21,291 nucleotides of DNA from Candidatus Methylomirabilia bacterium (lineage in GTDB: Bacteria; Methylomirabilota; Methylomirabilia; Rokubacteriales; CSP1-6). Both the position numbers and the translations under genes were made by a program. The stretch covers positions 1-21,291 of the forward strand of contig JBGPXN010000074.1 in assembly GCA_041492755.1 (NCBI GenBank). Reading direction: 5' to 3'. The notes under the pieces were generated by a model that was given only the letters and a program-made list of their open reading frames with translations, ran no database searches and was not told the DNA's origin. This document shows positions 16,012 through 21,291 of the stretch, one piece after another (the first letter of the stretch is position 1; each line of letters begins with the position of its first letter).

Positions 16012-16844
16012 GGCTCGTCGACCTGTCTCACCCCTGGAACATGCACACGCCGGGCTGGGTCGGCTATCCCGGCTCGAAGATCTACTACACGCAGACGCTG
16101 CAGACGAACCGCATCGTGTCGCAGCGGGTGGAGACCTCGCTGCACGTCGGCACGCACCTCGACGGACCGATGCACGCCGCCGACGGCGCCGGCGACATCG
16201 CCTCCCTGCCCCTGGCCAAGCTCGTGCACGAGGGCGTGATCGTCGACGTCTCCGACGTGGTGGACGACTGGAGCATCATCACGCCCAAGCACGTCACCGA
16301 CCGCATGGAGGTCAAGAAGGGCGACGTCCTCATCCTGCACACCGGCTATCACCGCTACTACGAGGGCAAGCCGCAGCAGGACCTCACGCGTTACTTCTGC
16401 ATGCACCCGGGCGGCACCCGCGAGCTCGCGTCGTGGATGCACGACATGCAGATCTCCTGGTGGGGCATCGACGCCGGCTCGGGCGATCACCCGATGAACA
16501 CCACGATCCGCTACATGCGTCCGGACCTCGCCAAGCGCTTCGAGGAGAAGATGGGCAAGTCCGTCCTGGAGTTCTTCGGGGAGTACGAGTACCGCCACCC
16601 CAAGAGCGGACGGCTCGTGAAGGAAGAGATCTTCCCCATGCACTATCTCGCCTTCCCCGAGGGCTGCGTCCACGCCGAGAACGTGGGCGGCGACATCGAG
16701 AAGGCCCTGAACACCCGGTGCATCATCGGCGCCTTCCCGTGGAAGTTCGAGGGCGGCGAGGCGTGCCCGTGCCGCATCATCGCGTTCTTCGACGTGGGCC
16801 CCCTCACCGTGGAAGAGGTCCGGGAGGCGGTGGGCCGGCGCTGA
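16008..16844 (+). CDS. Cyclase-family (kynurenine formamidase-like) metal-dependent amidohydrolase
   Basis: 278 aa from MRLVDLSHP with HVGTHLDGPMH (HxGTHxDxPxH), GID, AENV and CPCRIIA motifs. ATGA overlap with the gntR stop. Confidence 0.92.
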   Translation: MRLVDLSHPWNMHTPGWVGYPGSKIYYTQTLQTNRIVSQRVETSLHVGTHLDGPMHAADGAGDIASLPLAKLVHEGVIVDVSDVVDDWSIITPKHVTDRMEVKKGDVLILHTGYHRYYEGKPQQDLTRYFCMHPGGTRELASWMHDMQISWWGIDAGSGDHPMNTTIRYMRPDLAKRFEEKMGKSVLEFFGEYEYRHPKSGRLVKEEIFPMHYLAFPEGCVHAENVGGDIEKALNTRCIIGAFPWKFEGGEACPCRIIAFFDVGPLTVEEVREAVGRR

Positions 16845-16875
16845 TCCACCGCACCTTGGCTGGCGGCCGGGACCC

Positions 16876-18156
16876 GTGATCCTCGCCGCCTTCCGCGTCC
16901 GCAGCTTCCGCTTCCAGTGGCCCGCGGACCTCCTCACGGGCTGGGCGTTCGAGATGGAGACGCTCATCCTGAGCTGGTTCGTGCTGGTCAACACCGGCTC
17001 GGTGCTGCTGCTCACCGCGTTCGGCTCGCTGCTATACGTCGGCACGCTGGCCGCGCCGATGTTCGGCGTGCTCGGCGACCGCCTCGGCGCCCGGACCATG
17101 CTGTGCGCCATGCGCGCGAGCTACGCCGTCTTCGCCGGGCTGCTGATGGCCCTGGGGCTGGCCGGGATGCTCACGCCGGCGTGGGTGTTCGTCGTCGCGA
17201 CGGCGGGCGGCATCATCCGTGCGAACGACATGGTGATGCGCAATACCCTCATTGGCGAGACGATGCCGCCGGAGCACCTGATGGGCGCCGTCGCCATGTC
17301 GCGCGCCACCACGGACTCCGCGCGCGTCGCCGGCGCCCTCTCCGGCGCGGCGCTTTCCACGGCCCTCGGCATCGCGCACGCGTACGTCGTCGTCACGATC
17401 GTCTATCTCGGGAGCCTCGCGCTCACCTTCGGCGTCTCCCGGCGGTCCCCCGTGCCCGACCCGGGGGCAGCGCCGCACCGCGCCGCCGCGGGCATGACGC
17501 AGCCCTCGCGATGGCGCGACCTCAAGGATGGCCTCCGCCACGTCCTGACGACGCCGAAGATGCTCGCGGTGATGTGGCTGGCGTTCCTGGTGAACCTGAC
17601 CGCGTATCCGATGACGAGCGGTCTGCTGCCGTACGTCGCCAAGCACGTCTACATGGTCGACGCCACCGGCCTGGGCTGGCTGGTCGCCAGCTTCTCGTTC
17701 GGCGCCCTCGTGGGCTCCATGACCATGGTCGTGACGGGAGGGTCACGGCGGCCGGAGCGCGCCGCGCTCGTGCACACCGCGCTCTGGTACGTGCTCCTGC
17801 TCGGCTTCGGATACGTGCAAAGCCTGGGCCTGGGGCTGCTGGCGCTCGTCCTGGCCGGCTTCTTCCAGAGCGTGGCGATGATCTCGCTGACGGCCACGCT
17901 GCTCGCCGCCGCCGACGCCCGGTTCCGCGCGCGGGTGATGGGCGTGCGCATGCTCGCCGTCTACGGCTTGCCGCTCGGCCTGATGGGCTCCGGGGCCCTC
18001 ATCGGGCGCCTCGGGTATTCGCTGACCGTCACTGCCTATTGCGCGGTCGGTGTGGTCGTCACCCTCCTGATCGGGATCCGGTGGCGGGCGAGCCTGTGGC
18101 AGCGGCAGCGACGGCCGAGCGCCCTGCGGCAGGAGGGTCGTGGCCTCGTGTCCTGA
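16876..18156 (+). CDS. MFS transporter
   Basis: 426 aa with many hydrophobic segments, motif A GVLGDRLGAR and C-terminal-half FRARVMG. Confidence 0.9.
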   Translation: MILAAFRVRSFRFQWPADLLTGWAFEMETLILSWFVLVNTGSVLLLTAFGSLLYVGTLAAPMFGVLGDRLGARTMLCAMRASYAVFAGLLMALGLAGMLTPAWVFVVATAGGIIRANDMVMRNTLIGETMPPEHLMGAVAMSRATTDSARVAGALSGAALSTALGIAHAYVVVTIVYLGSLALTFGVSRRSPVPDPGAAPHRAAAGMTQPSRWRDLKDGLRHVLTTPKMLAVMWLAFLVNLTAYPMTSGLLPYVAKHVYMVDATGLGWLVASFSFGALVGSMTMVVTGGSRRPERAALVHTALWYVLLLGFGYVQSLGLGLLALVLAGFFQSVAMISLTATLLAAADARFRARVMGVRMLAVYGLPLGLMGSGALIGRLGYSLTVTAYCAVGVVVTLLIGIRWRASLWQRQRRPSALRQEGRGLVS

Positions 18157-18253
18157 GAATCGAGGGTTCCGGAGGCCCCCCACTTTCCTGGACGCCTACC
18201 CATCGAGGGTCGTCCGGAGCTACACTGTCGGTCAAACGACCCCGGAGGGCACG

Positions 18254-18709
18254 ATGATACGACTCAAGGAAATCGGCCACGTTTTGTTGCGGGTGATGGA
18301 CCTGGAACGCTCCAAGAAGTTCTACTCCGAGGTCCTCGGCTTTCACGTGCTGGAGGAGGACCCCGAGCACGGCGGCACCTTCATGGCCCTCGACGGCCAG
18401 AGCCACGCGATCGACCTCTTCCAGGTCAAGGACGCCGAAGCCGCCGAGCGGCAGACGCCGGGCGTGCGCGGGCTCGGCCACATCGCCTTCCGGGTGGAGA
18501 GCGAGGACGCGCTCAAGGACGCGAACGCCACGCTCCGGGAGCACGGCGTGGAGATCACGCGCACCATCGACCACGTCAGCCAGAAGAGCGTGTACTTCAA
18601 CGACCCCGACGGCAATACGCTCGAGATCTACTACGAGCTGCCGGACGCCCTCGACATCTTCGCTCGCGGGCGCGAAGACCGCGACGTAGCAATTTCCCTC
18701 GACCGGTAG
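18254..18709 (+). CDS. VOC/glyoxalase-family protein
   Basis: 151 aa from MIRLKEIGHVLLRV after a GGAGG Shine-Dalgarno. Motifs DLERSKKFYSEVLG, GLGHIAF and YFNDPDGNTLE. Confidence 0.92.
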   Translation: MIRLKEIGHVLLRVMDLERSKKFYSEVLGFHVLEEDPEHGGTFMALDGQSHAIDLFQVKDAEAAERQTPGVRGLGHIAFRVESEDALKDANATLREHGVEITRTIDHVSQKSVYFNDPDGNTLEIYYELPDALDIFARGREDRDVAISLDR

Positions 18710-18740
18710 CGGCTCGAGCCGCGAAAGTCCCCCCCGGACA

Positions 18741-18805
18741 GTCGGAGGGCGGGGGCAGGGTGCTTCGCTAACTATTCGCTGCGCACCCTGCCCCCGCCCT
18801 CCGAC
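18741..18805. repeat. Perfect 23-bp inverted repeat (REP/MITE-like hairpin)
   Basis: GTCGGAGGGCGGGGGCAGGGTGC (18741-18763) and its exact reverse complement (18783-18805) around a 19-nt loop, with no U-tract on either side. Confidence 0.85.
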
Positions 18806-19044
18806 GCTACGCGCGTCGTTCGGCGACACCTTCCTCCGGCCGGTCGCGGGTTGCTTCGCACGGGCAGCCTGCACCCACTGACGACTTCCTCCACCGCTGT
18901 GGCGTGCTGGCCGCGGAATGCCGGGCCGGACGGCTCAAGTATCTGGACATCAAGAGCGCGGCCGCGCACCTCCGGCGACTTGGCAGACCCCGCAATTTCA
19001 ACGATGATGCGCCATCCGCAGTCGCGACCGAAGGGAGAACGGCT

Positions 19045-19761
19045 ATGGCGATCGTCGCGCGCATGCTGACTCAGGAGCAAGACGGTATTGGCGGCTACAT
19101 GGCGCATCCCGAAGGGCCCGGCCCGCGGCCCGGCATACTCATGGCGCACCACGCGCATGGCGTCACCGCCGACTACAAGATCGACGCGTACCGGCTCGCC
19201 ACCCTCGGCTTCAACGTCTTCGCGCCGAGCCTGTTCAACATGTTCGGAATTCCGGGGACGACGCACATCGGCGGGGGCGCCGCGCTCCAAGAGAAGCACT
19301 CCGACGGCGACTTCCTCGGAAAGATGGACGAGGCCTGGCGCTACCTCACCGGGCCCATGAACTCGGATCCGGCCCGCACGGGCGCCATCGGGCATTGCCT
19401 GGGCGGCCGGCTGCTCATTCCCTTCGCGGCCGACCATCCGCAGCTGCGCGCGATCGTCCTCTACTATCCCTCCGTGCGCGACGAGCCCGAAACCCCGCAT
19501 CGGCCGCGACACGCGTTCAAGCTCGCCAAGACGCTCCAGTGCGCGTCGCTCGTGATCTGCGCCGGCAAGGACCACATCGCGACGCCCGCCATCCAGGGTC
19601 CGCTCTGGCAGAGCTTCATCGCCAACGGCCAGCTCGTCGAATGGCACTTCTTCTCCGACGCCAACCACGGCTTCCGCCATCCCGACAACGCCGGCTACCA
19701 GCCGCACTACGCCGACCTCGTCGAGCCACTGGTAGACGGCTTCCTGAAGCGCACGGTGTGA
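19045..19761 (+). CDS. Dienelactone hydrolase family protein
   Basis: 238 aa from MAIVARML after an AAGGGAG Shine-Dalgarno. Nucleophile elbow GHCLGG, acid in AGKDH and His in ANHGF. Confidence 0.9.
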   Translation: MAIVARMLTQEQDGIGGYMAHPEGPGPRPGILMAHHAHGVTADYKIDAYRLATLGFNVFAPSLFNMFGIPGTTHIGGGAALQEKHSDGDFLGKMDEAWRYLTGPMNSDPARTGAIGHCLGGRLLIPFAADHPQLRAIVLYYPSVRDEPETPHRPRHAFKLAKTLQCASLVICAGKDHIATPAIQGPLWQSFIANGQLVEWHFFSDANHGFRHPDNAGYQPHYADLVEPLVDGFLKRTV

Positions 19762-19832
19762 TCGAGTTTGACCGGGTCGGATCAGGTTCGCCGACTCCAG
19801 GGTGAATTCCACGTCCTTCCGCTGGCGGTGCG

Positions 19833-21290
19833 TCACATGAGCGCGAGCGTCTGATCGAGTTCACGTCCGAACCCCATGACGCGGAACAGCCCGATCGCCT
19901 GCTCGAAGGCCTGCTGCGCCTCGGACAGCCGCCCCTGGTCTCGCCGGACCTGGCCGAGCGCAACCAATGTCCGCGCCAGATCCGGTCGGTACCCGTGTTC
20001 GGCGAGCCTCGCGGCACTCCGCTCGAGGCGCTGGGCTGCGGCCTCCAGATCTCTCCGCTGAGCGAGCACGAGACCGTGGACCCGGTCGGCCACGCCGGGC
20101 GACGGGAACCAGGCAAGCCCTTCGAGCGGGCCGACGCGCTCGATCAGCTCTTCGTACCGTCTGAGGTGGTCGAGCGCCTCGTCGGCCCGATGCAGGCGCG
20201 CCTCGGTCTCGGCCGTCCAGAGCAGCGCGCCGGGCCGGAAGAGGTTGCCGGTCTCCTCGGCGACCGCGAGCGTCGCCTCGAAGTGCGACAGCGCCCGCGG
20301 AAGGTCGCCCACCACGAAGTACCCGTGAGCGAGGAGGTACCGCCCAACCGTCGTGTAGATGTGGTGGCCCACCCGCTCGGCAGCCTCGAGGCTCTCCCGA
20401 AGCCAGTCGAGGCCAACCTCGACCTCCCAGTCGCCCTTGAGGAGATGCGACAGCCCGATCGATCCCTTCGTCAGCTCCATCTGCACGATGTCGGCCCCTT
20501 CGGGGAAGGCCTTGGCGATGCGCTCGGCGCGATCGAGATACGCCCTGGCCACCTCCCACTCGCCGAGCTGGAATAGATGGATGAGCCAGAGGAAGTGCGC
20601 GTTGTGCAGATCCCAGAAGATCACGTTGGGAACGGCGTTCTCCGCCAGGACGAGGCCGGTGCGGTGATACTCGATCGCCGTCCGTCGCCGGACGTCGACG
20701 TCGCTCGAAACCGATCGACAGCTTTGCCCGAGCCCCCAGTAGACCTGGCGCATCTCCGTCAGCTGGCCGAGCCGCTCGCAGAGAGCGAAGCACGCCCGCT
20801 GATGGGCGAAGGCGCGGTCCAGATCCATCTGGTCGTAGAGATACCAGCCGAAATTGAAGTGGATCTGTGCGAGTCGGGGAAGATCGTCGAGCCGCTCGGC
20901 GGTCTCCCGGACCTCTTCGAGGATGCGCGCTCCCTCCGCGTACCGGCCACGGACCCACTCCATGGCGACCTGGCCGAGTCCAAGATCGATCCGCTCTCGC
21001 TCACGTTCCTCGGTGCGGGGAAGCTGATCGAGACACGCGATGACCGAGTCGTAGTAGCGCGACGCCTCCTCCGGCGCGAAACGGGCGGCCGCCTTCTGTG
21101 CGGCACGCGTGAGGTAGGCGAGCGCCTTCTCGGCGTTCCGGCTCTGCTGGTAGTGATGCGCGAGGAGCTCGGTCTTCTCGTCGAGCCGGGTCGCGAAGAC
21201 CCCTTCCAGCACGGTTGCGATTCGTTCGTGAGAGCTGCGCCGCCGCTCCACCGGGAGACTCCGGTAAGCGACCTCCTGCGTGAGGGCGTG
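19833..21290 (-). CDS. C-terminal winged-helix/TPR region of a STAND-class ATPase (adenylate/guanylate cyclase-AAA-TPR type), 5' partial
   Basis: The frame is open to the window edge and reads HALTQEVAYRSL...HERIA...LLAHHY...KALAYLTRAAQKA, followed by TPR-like helices. The N-terminal domains are outside the window. Confidence 0.85.
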   Translation of the reverse strand, partial: HALTQEVAYRSLPVERRRSSHERIATVLEGVFATRLDEKTELLAHHYQQSRNAEKALAYLTRAAQKAAARFAPEEASRYYDSVIACLDQLPRTEERERERIDLGLGQVAMEWVRGRYAEGARILEEVRETAERLDDLPRLAQIHFNFGWYLYDQMDLDRAFAHQRACFALCERLGQLTEMRQVYWGLGQSCRSVSSDVDVRRRTAIEYHRTGLVLAENAVPNVIFWDLHNAHFLWLIHLFQLGEWEVARAYLDRAERIAKAFPEGADIVQMELTKGSIGLSHLLKGDWEVEVGLDWLRESLEAAERVGHHIYTTVGRYLLAHGYFVVGDLPRALSHFEATLAVAEETGNLFRPGALLWTAETEARLHRADEALDHLRRYEELIERVGPLEGLAWFPSPGVADRVHGLVLAQRRDLEAAAQRLERSAARLAEHGYRPDLARTLVALGQVRRDQGRLSEAQQAFEQAIGLFRVMGFGRELDQTLALM

Positions 21291-21291
21291 C

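Noticed and set aside
18741..18805. Intrinsic terminator or CRISPR repeat
   Set aside because: There is no U-tract on either strand and no repeat-spacer periodicity or cas gene. It is kept as a REP-like repeat.
18772..19836. 354-aa minus-strand ORF coupled to the STAND gene stop (MTHRQRKDVEFTLESANL...)
   Set aside because: Most of it is antisense to the dienelactone hydrolase. The first 20 or so codons could be a truncated gene start but are too short to support.

Overview
GC-rich bacterial DNA dominated by a divergent catabolic cluster. The leftward arm (minus strand, about 15164 to 998) encodes an atypical SDR, the FAD (M) and 2Fe-2S (S) subunits of a xanthine/CO-dehydrogenase-family molybdenum hydroxylase, a NitT/TauT ABC importer, two different full-length molybdopterin large subunits in tandem, a second NitT/TauT ABC importer and an M20 amidohydrolase that lacks its second-metal ligands. 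The rightward arm encodes a GntR/FCD regulator, a cyclase-family amidohydrolase, an MFS transporter and a VOC protein, followed by a dienelactone hydrolase. Both arms appear to be driven by a mirror-symmetric pair of sigma70-like promoters centred on a perfect 14-bp palindrome. The best candidate for an undescribed system is an N-heterocycle (probably pyridine-type) double-hydroxylation pathway in which two Mo subunits share one M/S pair; the substrate is inferred, not shown. Three gene scars missed by the ORF track lie in intergenic gaps: a frameshifted IS66 transposase piece (1-159), an ArsC arsenate reductase piece (905-997) just upstream of an orphan AqpS-type aquaporin, and a probable LivH permease piece (14305-14373). 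The window ends in the 3' part of a STAND/TPR signalling protein. All family calls come from reading motifs by eye; no database search was run.
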